This document shows, in pieces, positions 13,526 to 27,179 of a stretch of DNA of 64,000 nt; position 1 is the first letter of the stretch, and each line of letters opens with the position of its first letter. The notes beneath the pieces are model-generated. The model did no database searches. It was not told the origin of the DNA and saw only the letters and a list, made by a program, of their open reading frames with translations. The translations under genes were made by a program, and so were the position numbers. The stretch covers positions 161,119,964-161,183,963 of the forward strand of contig NC_068983.1 in the NCBI RefSeq assembly GCF_001194135.2, written 5' to 3'. Origin of the DNA: Octopus bimaculoides. Taxonomy: Eukaryota.

Positions 13526-13690
13526 AATGCCCGGATGCAGTACCAGGCAGTGGCTCTCATGGCTTTTGGTCTTAACTGATTGGAAGTGTTATCGTGTACA
13601 TTGTTTTGTTACAGTAAATATTCTGCTCAGTACCACAGATTTGCTTGTCAGCTGCTTGACCTTTATCAGCTGAGCATGTCTCTTAGTGTT
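13526..13690. mobile_element. Truncated copy of the ~550-bp TAA-associated non-coding repeat
   Basis: GATGCAGTACCAGGCAGTGGCTC...CTTAACTGATTGGAAGTGTTATC shared with 33613-34161 and 32507-33029. Confidence 0.75.
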
Positions 13691-16347
13691 GTAGCAGAAA
13701 ACGTGGGAAGAAGTAGTGAGTGAGAAGCAGTCAGATTTAAGACTAACTAGTATTTTAATGAGTAGACTGTTAGGAAAAATGCCGAATTGGAAGGGCCTAG
13801 GACTAGATTTAATACGATGATCAGGCCACGCTCCACGCTGGTACCTTTTTTTGTTCTTTTTTCCCCGTCTATTCACACGGTTCCTTGCACGCACAACACT
13901 CGTGCTACATGCTTCCATCTCTTTTGGAACGTACACTCCGACAGAATCAAGAATCGTTCAAACATTTTTCTTGCCTGGAACAAATTCTTATGAACATAGT
14001 GGTTTTTAGCATCCTGCAGTTTCATTCTCATAAACAATAACGATTGGTTATGTGATCTAGTTGCAATCTTTTCAAACAAGTAATGCTCTTCAGAATTCCA
14101 CAAGTTATCTACTTACATTATACATTATACATTATACTTACATTCCACGTTATATGACAATTTTATATTTGTAGCATGTGGGGAATAGACGAAGAGAATT
14201 TATATTGTTCTAAATGACTTTTGAAGACTCATCCACGACGAAGAGCCAGTCATTGAATTAGCATCTTTACAAAGTACAAATAATATCTTCATGAGAGAAA
14301 AAAACTGTCTTTAAATCCTAAACTATGTCCTTTAGATCTCATTAAGATCTTGAAATAGTAAGAAAACGTTAGACTTATATATCTGTTAATTTGCAATCAT
14401 CTTTCAATATATTTATTTCAATGTAACTCACATCAACAGTACAGATTCGTGGTGTAGAGGTTCGGATGTTGGGATCACAATCATTAGGTTGCACGTTAGA
14501 TTCTTGGTATTTGGAGACGCAATGTGCTCTTGAGCAAAGCAAGTCATTTTACATATAGTCTCTCCAAGCAATATTGTGATTAGGGATTAAGCCTATGATA
14601 GGCATTTGTCTTGTGCAGGGAAGTGTATCATATACTCATTAGTTTAAACGGCTAGGAGGCCCGGATCAAGACAAACTTAACTTTTGGTTAATATCAGCAC
14701 CTGCTCTGTATACGATCTACAGGTATTACGAATAAAATATTCTCCTTTAAATAGTTCTCTTTTCTCACTTTCATTTCCTATTTCTTTTTTTTTGTTGGTG
14801 GTAGTGGTGGGGGTGTAGATATTTTGGTTTCTGTTTTAATCTCTGTTACTCCACCAAAATGAACTGCTTTCTCTCATCCTCTAAAATCTCCCAACAGAAG
14901 TCAGTTATTTGATAAAAATCTCCTGCATTGGAGATTTATAATTTCATCATTCTCAATTCTTGAACCGCATTTACACAATTCCAGCTGATACAAAACTGGA
15001 AACTCTTACCATCTTAAATAAGTAGTGATATTAAAATAATTAATCACAGTATAATGTTAGCGGTGACAACACTACTGTGATATGACAACACTATGATATT
15101 TGTGTTAATGATATAACTTAGGAGTATCAACAATGTGTTGCTATAACAACCTTTGTGACGTTAACGTTGTTCACTGAATAGTTACAACCAAACTAATGTA
15201 TTGTGGTTATAAAATCCGTTAGCAGTGTCCACACAAACCATATTGTTAACAATGTCAATTGTGATGCAATATTTATGAAGAGAATATTCAGTTATGTCTA
15301 ATTGTGTATTTGTGTATGTGTGCGTGTAGGTATGCGTGTGACATATCTATGTGTGTGCATCTGTGTGTGAATGCGCGCGCGTTTGTGTGTGCGCGTGCGA
15401 GTGAGCGTATGTTTGTGTGTATGAGTGTGTGTAGAATTGAAGAGGTGTAACAAACCTTATATAGGCTCATTGCCATAGTACTGACGTAAGCTCGATGCTG
15501 TTGAGTAGAAGCCAGTGAATATCTCTGGCTGCCATTTAGAGCCTCACCCTTCGTTGCTCAGTCCCACTCTCTTGGCGGCTTGTTCACATAGTAAAACGGA
15601 GCGCCAGTCTGTCTCAGCCTTTCTACCACACCCGATTATGCTTACCTTTTCTCTTAACCGTCTAGCTTCCTTATAGCCGACCTGATGGCGACAATACCTC
15701 CGCCTTCGTCCATGATTTTAATCTTACCACTTTTATGGTACGATCGTTATTTTTTAGTTGAAATATCTACGTATTCTTGTTATTCTTTTAATTCTGTATT
15801 TCTCAATCTTCAACTACAAACAGAAGAATCAGGAACTTACCAAAGAAATTCTATGCGTATGATTTGTAATTTCAAACTGTTTGTCGACGGGTAGGTACAG
15901 TATTAGTCTACCAATTCACAGGTTGTAAGTTCTCGTTTTTTTTTTTGTTTTTTTTTTTTGCATGCATTATACTGTTTCTTGTGAGTGGGCCACTTAGTTC
16001 TTCTATACTGTTATAAATTGAACTAGTTTTAAAGAAAAAAAATTTGCTTTTTCTGTGTATGTGACATCAACTCAAGCGACTGATTATTGCTTGGTCCTTT
16101 ATCAAAGAAACGAGAACTTTGCAGCATCTTTGTGATACAGTGATTAATGGAAGGGTAAAGTTTCAGGGTGTATCAAAAGTTTTTGCTTTTGTTTTTTTAC
16201 AAAGGGACCGAAATATAACAATGGAAGATTTGCTTCATTTGTTATAATGGACTTGGCGAAGTAAACGAGAAAGGACGTAGTTTTCTCAATGAAAGAGAAG
16301 TAGAAATGGTTATTACTACTCAAAAGCTATAATATTCTGTTTCTGAA

Positions 16348-16540
16348 GGGCGGCGAGCTGGTAGAATCGTTAGCACGCCGCGTGAAATGCTTAGCGGTAT
16401 TTCGTTCTCAGTTCAAATTCCGCCGAGGTCGACTTTGCCTTTCGTCCTTTCGGGGTCGATTAAATAAGTACCAGTTACGCAATTTGTCTATCTTTGTTTG
16501 TCCCCTCTATGTTTAGTCCCTTGTGGGCAATAAAGAAATA
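16348..16540 (+). mobile_element. Family-A SINE (A2 tail subtype) with ~16-bp TSD
   Basis: Flanked by AATATTCTGTTTCTGA (16331-16346) and AATATTCTGTTCCTGA (16541-16556). Confidence 0.85.
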
Positions 16541-16564
16541 AATATTCTGTTCCTGAGTTAGCTA

Positions 16565-16865
16565 TAAATTTTGATACAAGGCTAGCAATTCTAGAGGAGG
16601 AGGTTAGTCAATTACATCGAACCCCAGTATTTGATTGGTACTTATTTTACCAACTCCGAAAACATGAAAAGTATTTTTAAAAAACCCTGAAGAACTGTTG
16701 TTAATTATTTTTCTGATGTACAAACGATTCTACCTGCTCACTGTCTTGATAAACTCCGTTCCACTATAAGCACAGGGCCTGAAATTTGGAGCGAGAAGGC
16801 TTGTCGGTTAAACAGACCCCAGCACTCCGAAAGGATGACCGATAAAGTCGACTTCGGCGGAAGGA
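16565..16865 (-). mobile_element. Two partial family-A SINE copies
   Basis: Reverse-complement family-A 3' domains (...CATCGAACCCCAG..., ...CTCCGAAAGGATG...GTCGACTTCGGCGGAA). Confidence 0.65.
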
Positions 16866-17001
16866 TCATTTAATAATAGTACCTATTTATGACCAGAAGG
16901 CCTCAGTCAGGAAGCATTGATTGTCATGATATGAAGTGTATTGCTAGTGTGAGAATAGGAATAATAAACAAACAAACAAATACAAACACAGACACACACA
17001 C

Positions 17002-17040
<39 letters not shown>

Positions 17041-17042
<2 letters not shown>

Positions 17043-17423
17043 CTTTTACTTGTTTGAGTGACTAGACTGCGGCTGTGTTGGGGTACAACATTGAAAAATC
17101 TTAGTCAAACGAAAAGACCCCATTACATTTTTTTATGCCTGCTACTTATTCTATCAGAACCGTTTGCTGAACTGCTAAGTTATAGAGACGTAAACACACT
17201 AATACCAGTTATTAAACAGTGGTGCGGGACAAATTCAGACACAAACACACACACATAGATATATACAGGATGGGCTTCTTTCAGTTTCCGTCAACTAAAT
17301 CTACTCACAAGGCTTTGGAATGCCTAGGGCTATAGTAGAAGACGTGCTCACTCAGTTGCCACCCAACCGAGAACCATTTGTTTGGAAGCAAACTTCTTAC
17401 CACACAGCCACACCTGCGCCTAT
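17041..17423 (-). mobile_element. Family-B tRNA-derived SINE (CORE-like CCTTGGGCAAGT region), degenerate
   Basis: Reverse complement of the unit at 35461-35915. Confidence 0.75.
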
Positions 17424-17664
17424 AAAAACAATTCTTTATTTTAATAGAATGATAATCGTTGGTGACTAAAAAAATTTAAAATTTGGTTTAAGTGTTGATG
17501 GTATTAGGCATTTAATCTAGTTTTTAAAGTTCTTATCTAAAGAAGTAACTAAAAAGCAATATATCTTATTGGAATTTATACACTGACTAGGTCACACGCA
17601 GGATATTCTAGAACTCTCATATGGTATTATGGTTCCTCTTATGCCTAGAACTACATACGCATGC

Positions 17665-17719
<55 letters not shown>

Positions 17720-18162
17720 NNNNNNNNNNNNNNNNNNNNNNNNNNNNNNNNNNNNNNNNNNNNNNNNNNNNNNNNNNNNNNNNNNNNNNNNNNNNNNNNN
17801 NNNNNNNNNNNNNNNNNNNNNNNNNNNNNNNNNNNNNNNNNNNNNNNNNNNNNNNNNNNNNNNNNNNNNNNNNNNNNNNNNNNNNNNNNNNNNNNNNNNN
17901 NNNNNNNNNNNNNNNNNNNNNNNNNNNNNNNNNNNNNNNNNNNNNNNNNNNNNNNNNNNNNNNNNNNNNNNNNNNNNNNNNNNNNNNNNNNNNNNNNNNN
18001 NNNNNNNNNNNNNNNNNNNNNNNNNNNNNNNNNNNNNNNNNNNNNNNNNNNNNNNNNNNNNNNNNNNNNNNNNNNNNNNNNNNNNNNNNNNNNNNNNNNN
18101 NNNNNNNNNNNNNNNNNNNNNNNNNNNNNNNNNNNNNNNNNNNNNNNNNNNNNNNNNNNNNN

Positions 18163-18420
18163 CCAACGAGTGACCGTCAATGGATTGGCATGTTCTCTGG
18201 AAAAAGTGATGATTCTGCACACGAAATCATTCACGACAAGCTTCGCTTCCGTAAAGTTTGTGCGAAATGGGTGTAAGGAGAGCTTACCGAAGTGCATAAG
18301 CGCAGTTGTGTGAAGATCTGTCTTTTGTCATGCCGAGGTCTTTAGTCAAAGCAAGTGTTGCACGAAAATGCACGCCAACACACGGCCGCTCTCGCTGTTG
18401 AAACCATCGAAAAACAATGA
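18163..18420 (+). mobile_element. Internally deleted mariner transposase fragment
   Basis: 'QRVTVNGLA..SAHEIIHDKLRFRKVCAKWV' (WVP motif region) followed closely by 'LHENARQHTA' (HDNARPH). Confidence 0.75.
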
Positions 18421-18722
18421 GACTATGTCGGCAAATAACGTAATTGTTCACCCCTTGCTTTTATTTTAATAAACTACAGAAACAAGGGTATACTTTTTGA
18501 CTTATCCTCGTGTACACACACATACATCACACACGCACAACCTCCTAATTGCATTGAAGGCCCCACCCGCCAGAGATACAAATTTATCATTTTTGTCTAC
18601 ATCCCGTTCTGCCGTGGAAACAACATTCTATACTCAAACGTCACTCTGAACAGTACTACTTGTACACATGTAGATTCCACTATTCCCTCCATTCACTTCT
18701 CTCACCTTGATATCAGTAACAC

Positions 18723-18895
18723 GGATTTGCAGTAACTCTGGTTCAAGGATTTGCAATAACTCTGGTTCAAGGATTTGCAGTAACTCTGGTTCAAGGATTT
18801 GCAATAACTCTAGTTCAAGGATTTGCAGTAACTCTGGTTCAAGGATTTGCAGTAACTCTGATATTAGTTACAAAGATTTGCAGCAACTCTGGTTC
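18723..18895. repeat. 24-bp tandem repeat, about 7 units
   Basis: GGATTTGCA(G/A)TAACTCTGGTTCAA; units start at 18723, 18747, 18771, 18795, 18819, 18843, plus a displaced unit near 18875. Confidence 0.95.
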
Positions 18896-19186
18896 TACTT
18901 CTTCCATTCCTCTAAATGCATGTTATTTCTTCCAATGTGCAACAACTATATTGGACTATATTTTTTCGTGCCTCGATGACATCAGTCTCATTTCACTCAT
19001 TACTGAAATCTTTGTCCTCAGTGACTTTAATATCCCTTTTGGATCTCGCACTCATCTGACGTTAGTCCGGAAACCGAATCAGTCTCGAGCCTTGACTCTT
19101 TACGTCAATAAATTTATTCTTAGCTGACACACAGACATTCGAAGTACCTCTTATTTCTTCTTCATTTCTTAACACAACGCCACTTA

Positions 19187-19415
19187 TTTCTTTACTACCC
19201 ACAAGGGGCTACACACAGAGGGGACAAACAAGGACAGACAAACGGATTAAGTCGATTATATCGACCCCAGTGCGTAACTGGTACTTATTTAATCGACCCC
19301 GAAAGGATGAAAGGCAAAGTCGACCTCGGCGGAATTTGAACTCAGAACGTAGCGGCAGACGAAATACCGCTAAGCATTTCGCCCGGCGTGCTAACGTTTC
19401 TGCCAGCTCGCCGCC
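19187..19415 (-). mobile_element. Family-A SINE (A2 subtype), low divergence
   Basis: Nearly identical to 52545-52772. Confidence 0.9.
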
Positions 19416-20490
19416 ACCTAGTTAGATCGAACCCTTCGCTATAGTTATCAATTGAACTTCTTAAGGACGCGGCTGTCATGAATTTTAGAAAACGTTTTAC
19501 ATATTTCCAATTTAAATGTATGCATTATCAGTGTGTGTGCANNNNNNNNNNNNNNNNNNNNNNNNNNNNNNNNNNNNNNNNNNNNNNNNNNNNNNNNNNN
19601 NNNNNNNNNNNNNNNNNNNNNNNNNNNNNNNNNNNNNNNNNNNNNNNNNNNNNNNNNNNNNNNNNNNNNNNNNNNNNNNNNNNNNNNNNNNNNNNNNNNN
19701 NNNNNNNNNNNNNNNNNNNNNNNNNNNNNNNNNNNNNNNNNNNNNNNNNNNNNNNNNNNNNNNNNNNNNNNNNNNNNNNNNNNNNNNNNNNNNNNNNNNN
19801 NNNNNNNNNNNNNNNNNNNNNNNNNNNNNNNNNNNNNNNNNNNNNNNNNNNNNNNNNNNNNNNNNNNNNNNNNNNNNNNNNNNNNNNNNNNNNNNNNNNN
19901 NNNNNNNNNNNNNNNNNNNNNNNNNNNNNNNNNNNNNNNNNNNNNNNNNNNNNNNNNNNNNNNNNNNNNNNNNNNNNNNNNNNNNNNNNNNNNNNNNNNN
20001 NNNNNNNNNNNNNNNNNNNNNNNNNNNNNNNNNNNNNNNNNNNNNNNNNNNNNNNNNNNNNNNNNNNNNNNNNNNNNNNNNNNNNNNNNNNNNNNNNNNN
20101 NNNNNNNNNNNNNNNNNNNNNNNNNNNNNNNNNNNNNNNNNNNNNNNNNNNNNNNNNNNNNNNNNNNNNNNNNNNNNNNNNNNNNNNNNNNNNNNNNNNN
20201 NNNNNNNNNNNNNNNNNNNNNNNNNNNNNNNNNNNNNNNNNNNNNNNNNNNNNNNNNNNNNNNNNNNNNNNNNNNNNNNNNNNNNNNNNNNNNNNNNNNN
20301 NNNNNNNNNNNNNNNNNNNNNNNNNNNNNNNNNNNNNNNNNNNNNNNNNNNNNNNNNNNNNNNNNNNNNNNNNNNNNNNNNNNNNNNNNNNNNNNNNNNN
20401 NNNNNNNNNNNNNNNNNNNNNNNNNNNNNNNNNNNNNNNNNNNNNNNNNNNNNNNNNNNNNNNNNNNNNNNNNNNNNNNNNNNNNNNNNT

Positions 20491-20767
20491 AGGGTTAGGG
20501 TTAACAGTCTAGTTAGGGTTAGGGTTAGGGGATTAATACGATATACACCGTTACAGCGCTAACTGTTTTCAACTGAATAGACGTCAGTGATTAGTAGAAA
20601 TTATCGAAATAAGACAATTTTTTACATGAAATAAATTCGAATACAAAAATATTTTTCTGTTCTATAACACAAAATAGATAAGTATACGAAGTTTGAAAGT
20701 CTTTCCGTACCAAAAACACTACATAAAACATAAATGAAAACTGGTGCCCCCGTTTTGAAATAGATCC
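20491..20767 (-). mobile_element. Partial copy of TTAGGG-containing MITE
   Basis: Nearly identical to ~5872-6149; upstream part lies in an N gap. Confidence 0.8.
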
Positions 20768-22439
20768 CAATTTCTGCCGATTAAAAAGGGTGGTATGTAC
20801 CGGTGGGGCTGGGAGTGTCAATATTAAAAAAAAAAATAGCATATTACTGAAAATATAACTCTGTATTGTAAGTGGTAGGTATGCATGTGTGCAACAGTCT
20901 GTTACCTAATACACATATCAATAAAAACAGCTTTCCGCATTCAGTGAATTTTGCGATACATTTTTGCGTATACATCATCAGGGGGTTGACTTGGCTATCC
21001 GAGGCAGTGAGAAGAGCTAAAGTTAAAGTACACACAATATTTGCAGTTTTCGTAACAATTGGCCACATATGTAGATAATTTATGAGTGTATGTTACGTGT
21101 CTATGCAATTTTTCTGTAGTTGCGTGAAAGTGCCTTGTAATAAACGTACATAAGTATGTAGTAGTAACAATAAAGATCATAGTATAAGAGACAGTCAAAA
21201 TAAATAAATTTAGTTGATGACGCGGTGTTGCCGATGCTACTGATGATAGTACTGATGTTGCTGAGGACAACGATGACAGTGGTGACGGCAAACAATTGGG
21301 AGTAGCGCTGGAATATAAAACAAGCCGGCGTGACAGCATAAGTGAGCTAATGAAAAGCTAATTCGCATTTGTTATACTAACATGTGTACAGACATATCGG
21401 CAGACGGTCTATTAACAATTTCACTTTGTCTGCTGCTTCGTTCGTTCTTTTCTCTTTATCCTCTTCTCTTTTTTTGTTTTTGTTTTTTATTTTTTTCGTT
21501 CTTCGTTTTTCTTTGTTACGTCTATCTTTATATATTTAGACATAAAAATAAAGCATTCATTCAAAATACTTCACATAACTACAGTTTCACCTCCTTCTCC
21601 TTCGGACTACATTTTTTCATACCGACAGATGTTAACTGCAATCGAACTAATAACGATTATGTTTTCTCGAAAGGAACGCTGTACTCTAGCCTCTGTCCAG
21701 TCCGATTCAGGTAAACACAAGTTTACTGAGGCTGGCTGGTATTTCACAAACGACCAACAGAATAAAGACTAGCTACGAAACCTACAGCACATGACGCTCA
21801 AGATTTTCCCAAAACCCATATTCAGCGGAATGAGATGAGTGCAAAGAATGAAAGCTGAGTAGCTTATTCCACTTGCAGATGGAGTACTACTACTCCACTC
21901 TGTTCGGTACTCGTTATAAATATTCGTTCGATAAATTTAACAATTTCTTTTTTTTTTTCTTTATTTTTTTTTTTTTGTAGACTTTAACTAAATATCCGTA
22001 TTTGTGCATAAAGTATGCAACAAGTATGCACGTGTAGGTGTGTGTGAGTGTGTTTACACGCGCGCATGCGTGTAAGTGTAAATGTGTGTGTCTGTGTGAC
22101 ATATATGTACATCTCTATTATTTTGCGATTGATTTGCGTATTTCTTCATCTGTATACTGGCTACCCACAAATTTCCTCACAAGTAGGTTGGTATATTTCT
22201 CTAAAGAGAAATAATACTTTATGTGAAACATCTAAAACAATATTAATATGGTTTCTATAATCTTTAAACGGCGATATATTTTGTACTGTTTTATTTTTAA
22301 TATAATTCGGTTATGTACACACACTCAAAAACATGCATACAAACGTATGAACTCAGTAATTCAGTTTCAGCTGACAAGTAATCAGTCTTGGCAGAATATT
22401 GTCCGCAAACATCTTCAAAATAAACTTTCTGAAGTAATT

Positions 22440-22655
22440 TAACTGGCACTCCGCCTGTTGCGATGACAAGGGTTCCAGTTGATCCGATCAACGGAACATC
22501 CAGCTTGTGGAATTAACGTGCAAATGGCTAAGCAGTTCACAGTCACACGTACCCTTAACGCAGTTCTCAAGGTGATCCAGAATGTGACAAAGCTGACCCT
22601 TTTGAAATACTGGTACATCTCATTTTTACCAGCTGAGCGGAGTGGAACAACAAAG
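22440..22655 (-). mobile_element. Family-C SINE, 3' portion
   Basis: GTTCCAGTTGATCCGATCAACGGAAC...ATTAACGTGCAAATG...CAGCTGAG, shared with 54238-54512. Confidence 0.75.
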
Positions 22656-22924
22656 AAACAGAGTGACTTGCTCACAGATACAGCATACTGCCAAGAATCG
22701 AACGATCAAGGGGATCGTTGCTTATCGGTTTCAATGGTTGATGCTTTGCTGCATTTCTGTTGCTGGGGTTTGAAAAGACCGAATCAATTTCACAAAGTAT
22801 TTTTTGCTCGGCACACAAATTTATGGACAGTTTTAAGTCGATGCAAGTATGCGTGTAATGCATGTAGTGTATGTATATTTGCACATGCACTCACGCACAT
22901 GGAAACACACACGCGTGCACGTAA

Positions 22925-22964
<40 letters not shown>

Positions 22965-23164
22965 GACTGTGTCGTAAGCAGCTTGCTTACCAGCTACATG
23001 CTTCTGGGTTCAGTCCCACCGCGTGGCATCTTGAGCAAGTGTCATTTTTACTATAACCTCGGGCCGACCAAAGCTTTGTGAGTGAATTTGGTAGACAGAA
23101 ACNNNNNNNNNNNNNNNNNNNNNNNNNNNNNNNNNNNNNNNNNNNNNNNNNNNNNNNNNNNNNN

Positions 23165-23211
<47 letters not shown>

Positions 23212-23520
23212 CGAGTTAAAAAACAGATAGCTCGAACGGATACAAATTCATTTATTAATTACTTAACATATTCACTTTCAATTGTTTCATTTCATATATA
23301 TTTATATGTTTTGTGATTTTAATTAGTATATGCTTCTGTGTCTGTGTTTGTCCCCCCCCCCAATATTGTTTGACAACCGATGCTGGTGTGTTTACATCCT
23401 CATAACTTACCAGTTCGGCAAAAGTGGCCGATAGAATAAGTACTAGGCTTACAAAGAATGAGTCCTGCGGTGCTCCAGCATGGCCGCAGTCAAATGACCG
23501 AAACAAGTAAAAGAATAAAG
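22965..23520 (+). mobile_element. Family-B SINE with internal (TA)n and N gap
   Basis: AGCTTGCTTACC..GGGTTCAGTCCCAC..CTTGAGCAAGTGTC...GGTGCTCCAGCATGGCCGCAGTCAAATGAC. Confidence 0.8.
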
Positions 23521-24454
23521 AAAAGAATATATATATGCTCACCCCCCCTCCAACATATACAAACACCCCTCCATACAGTTCAGCACAGTACACACACCAC
23601 ACCCCTTTATGCACACTCCCACTCCTACACACATTCATGTGCATATGCATCCGCACACACTAGCACCCAATATCTGCCAACTCCCCTGACCCCTATCCCA
23701 CCCCTCACCGATATCCTACCTCCCAACCCCTATCTCTCGCAACCCCTTTTCCCACCTCACACTTCTATGCATTCTCCCACAGCACACAGTATTCACTCCA
23801 AATGCACGCACAATGCACAGCATGCCTGAACACAGACAATATAGACACAACACGTATAAACATATAGAATTTTTGCACAGAAACATAGACAATACACATG
23901 CACACTATAGGGTTACACGTACACATTTACACACGTGTACACACAAGCCGAACAAGCACACACCAACTACTATACACAAGCGTTTGCACATGCGCACACA
24001 CACGCGCACACACATATACACACGTCTATATGCACATACACACGCGCACACACGATAGCCGCACACATATACATACGTCCATATGCACACACACAAATAC
24101 ACGAAACGCACATCACTCCACACAACGCACACACTAGGTTAGCTGTACGCATACACACGCTCCCATAGATAGACACACAGGCCCATGCATTTGTACACAC
24201 ACATGATAGGCCTATAACCCGAAGAACTTTCTGATGGCTCATGAGTGAACTGAAACATTTTAAGTCAAGACGATCAGTGCAGTACTCGCGCAAGGTGCTA
24301 TTAAGACTAGTTCCATACTACCATGAGAGTCTTGTAGAGCTATATTGTCTCCTCTCATTCATTTCGATGTCTTCTTGGTGAGAACCATGATCAATGTCCT
24401 CGAAGATGGCGTGGTCAAAATTAGCATCTGAGTGGAAACATTGCAGGCATCAGT

Positions 24455-24681
24455 TTTACTCTTTTACTCTTTTACTCTTTTACTTGTTTCAGTCTTTTGA
24501 CTGTGGCCATGCTGGAGCACCTCCTTTTAGTCGAGCAAATCGACCCCAGGACTTATTCTTTAGAAGCCTAGTACTTATTCTATCGATCTCTTTTGCCGAA
24601 CCGCTAAGTTACGGGGACATAAACACACCACCATCGGTTGTCAAGCGATGTTGGGGGACAAACACAGATACACAAACATAT

Positions 24682-24768
<87 letters not shown>

Positions 24769-24933
24769 TACTACGGGCTTATTTCAGTTTCCGTCTACCA
24801 AATCCACTCACAAGGCTTTGGTCGGCCCGAGGCTATAGTAGAAGACACTTGCCCAAGATGCCGCGCAGTGGGACTGAACCAGGGACCATGTGGTTGGTAA
24901 GCTAGCTACTTACCACACAGCCACTCCTACGCC
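24455..24933 (-). mobile_element. Full-length family-B SINE with internal (TA)n
   Basis: Reverse complement of 35461-35915; (AAAAGAGT)n-type tail. Confidence 0.9.
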
Positions 24934-27179
24934 GTTTTGTTGACGACCTTGATAGACTGGCAAAAAGAAAGAGTGCGAACTGCTTTTCTTCGTCAGCTAC
25001 TTTGGTAGAGCCTCCGTCGAGTTTTGCATGGAAATAATTATTTAAAAATCACAAGAAATGCAAGCTGTGTCGACACGAGAGACATCTCTGTCCAAATATT
25101 AGAAACACGGACAGAAACGTGAGATAGTACAAAATTCAATTTTTTAAAAAATGGTGGAATTAACTAATAGAAGACCAAAACCAAAAACTCTTGCAAGAAC
25201 TGAACACACAGTGACTGCTTTAAAAAGAACTCGAGCCAACATCGAGAGCTAGAACAAGAACATATTCTTGTGTTACCCTCTATTTTTCAGTACGTATGTG
25301 AAGTATTTACTTTCATAGTAGAGTCATGGAAATGAGAGCTACAGCAATATCTTAGGTATCTCGAAATTTAACTACCTCACATGGTCTGCAAACCCATCTG
25401 GCATCGCATTAGCTCTCATGAAAAACCTTTCCACAAATTTTGAAGGAACTGTGAAAGGGTCGAGTATAAGGGACAGACAGAGGGAAAAATGGACAAATAG
25501 CATAGAGGAATGGACAGGCAAATCTTTATTGGAGACTCGAACTCTGATATGCTATCACGATATATTGGAAAGATTGGTACACAGCATGGGGCAATAGTGT
25601 CCTTACGATTCCGTCAGGAGTTAAGGGCTCAAGCACCAAGCAAACAAATAAGCCAAAAACCACCGAGCATATTTTGTACGAAAGTATTAAAGCAACACGG
25701 CTTTTGAAGATCCAAATAACTATTAATTCAACACCAGGAAAAACTTTCTCGTGTATTTACAGACGTCAGACTTTTATCACCAGCTGAAATAATTGCAATG
25801 AGATCACTAAGAAAATAAAATATGTTATTTATTATTTAATACACGTCTAACAAGTGCCCCGCCTCCAAATATCTTGCTGAACCAATTTCGACAAACTTTG
25901 GTATATCATCTTTCAGCTGCTACTCACTTCACATGATACTGTCACAGCACCACCCAGAATATACCCACATCCATCTTCCGCTTACTCTATTTGACGTTCC
26001 ACCCTATCAGCTTTTAAAAAATATTCTACTCTTGATATTGCTGAAATTTTAGCTTCAAATATTGTGGCTTATTCCCACCAATCTATTCAATACTCCACTC
26101 TTCCTTTTATTGCTGTTTTAACGTATAAGTTAAAGCTGGTTAATACTCTATATCCAAAGAAGGATGTCACTTCAACTATACAACCCTCCAGGAAGATGGA
26201 AATGACTATCAAAAAATACTGGTTGAAGCACTGAATTATTGCTCTCTTCCTTATACATCGTGACGAATTCGGAAAATCAAGATATGTATGTAATGGTTAC
26301 CCTTAGAAGGTTTTTAGATTTCTATTACGATTTCTGAATCATTATTGACACTTTGCTTAGACAAAAGTTCCAATTTTGTGAGCAGAAACACAAGAATTTC
26401 ATTCTTTCATTAGTATATTATTTTAGTGTATTTACTTTATCAACTTATTAGAGGAAATTAAAAATCAGCTTTTGTATAATTTTTATTCTCAAAGCGGGGA
26501 AAGACGAATGCCTTACTGTGTTACTCGACCTATTTTCGTTCATGTCCTCAGTATTCGTTTTGTATTACTAGAACGCCTTCTGAGTAAAATACATGCTCAT
26601 TTTACTCCGACTAAAATATTTAAAAAAGGAAATTGTTAGTCTAAAATCATACTACAACACAGTTCTCTCATGAAATATTTGCAGTTACCAATAAATTTTA
26701 TGTATCACAATTCTCTTTAACTCATTACGTCCACAATACTTCCCCCATTTTACTAAATACATCGAGAAAAATTGGTTTCTAATCCATTCGAAACGTACAT
26801 TAGCATGGAACAATTTTTTACTTTCGCTATAATGCATTTTAGACGTGTGAAAAGAAAATTGCGGGTTTAACACTATGATAAACTCACAGATACCATCTGC
26901 GATAATTGCTATTTCTTTCATTGTTAATATTTATAAGACATTATTCGGCAATTATCATCGTTTAAAGTGAGCAGATATCAAATCAGGAAGTCTAGTTGTA
27001 AACAGTATAAGAAGCTAGTATAAATATAAAAATAACGTGAGAAATGCAAGGTCGTTCACATTTTTAATCTTATTACGTGTGTGTGTTTGTGCGTGTGTGT
27101 GTCCATATATATTTTTGTATATATACCGAAATTTAATCCAGTCTCCATGACCATATTACTACGATTGGGTATGTTAATT

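Noticed and set aside
21195-21340. Acidic open frame (DATDDSTDVAEDNDDSGDG) ending at a GTGAG donor-like site
   Set aside because: Weak acceptor, no homology recognised, and composition resembles a decayed GAT-type repeat.
25510-25707. AP-endonuclease-like 'IFIGDSNS'
   Set aside because: Single short motif; insufficient to call a LINE.
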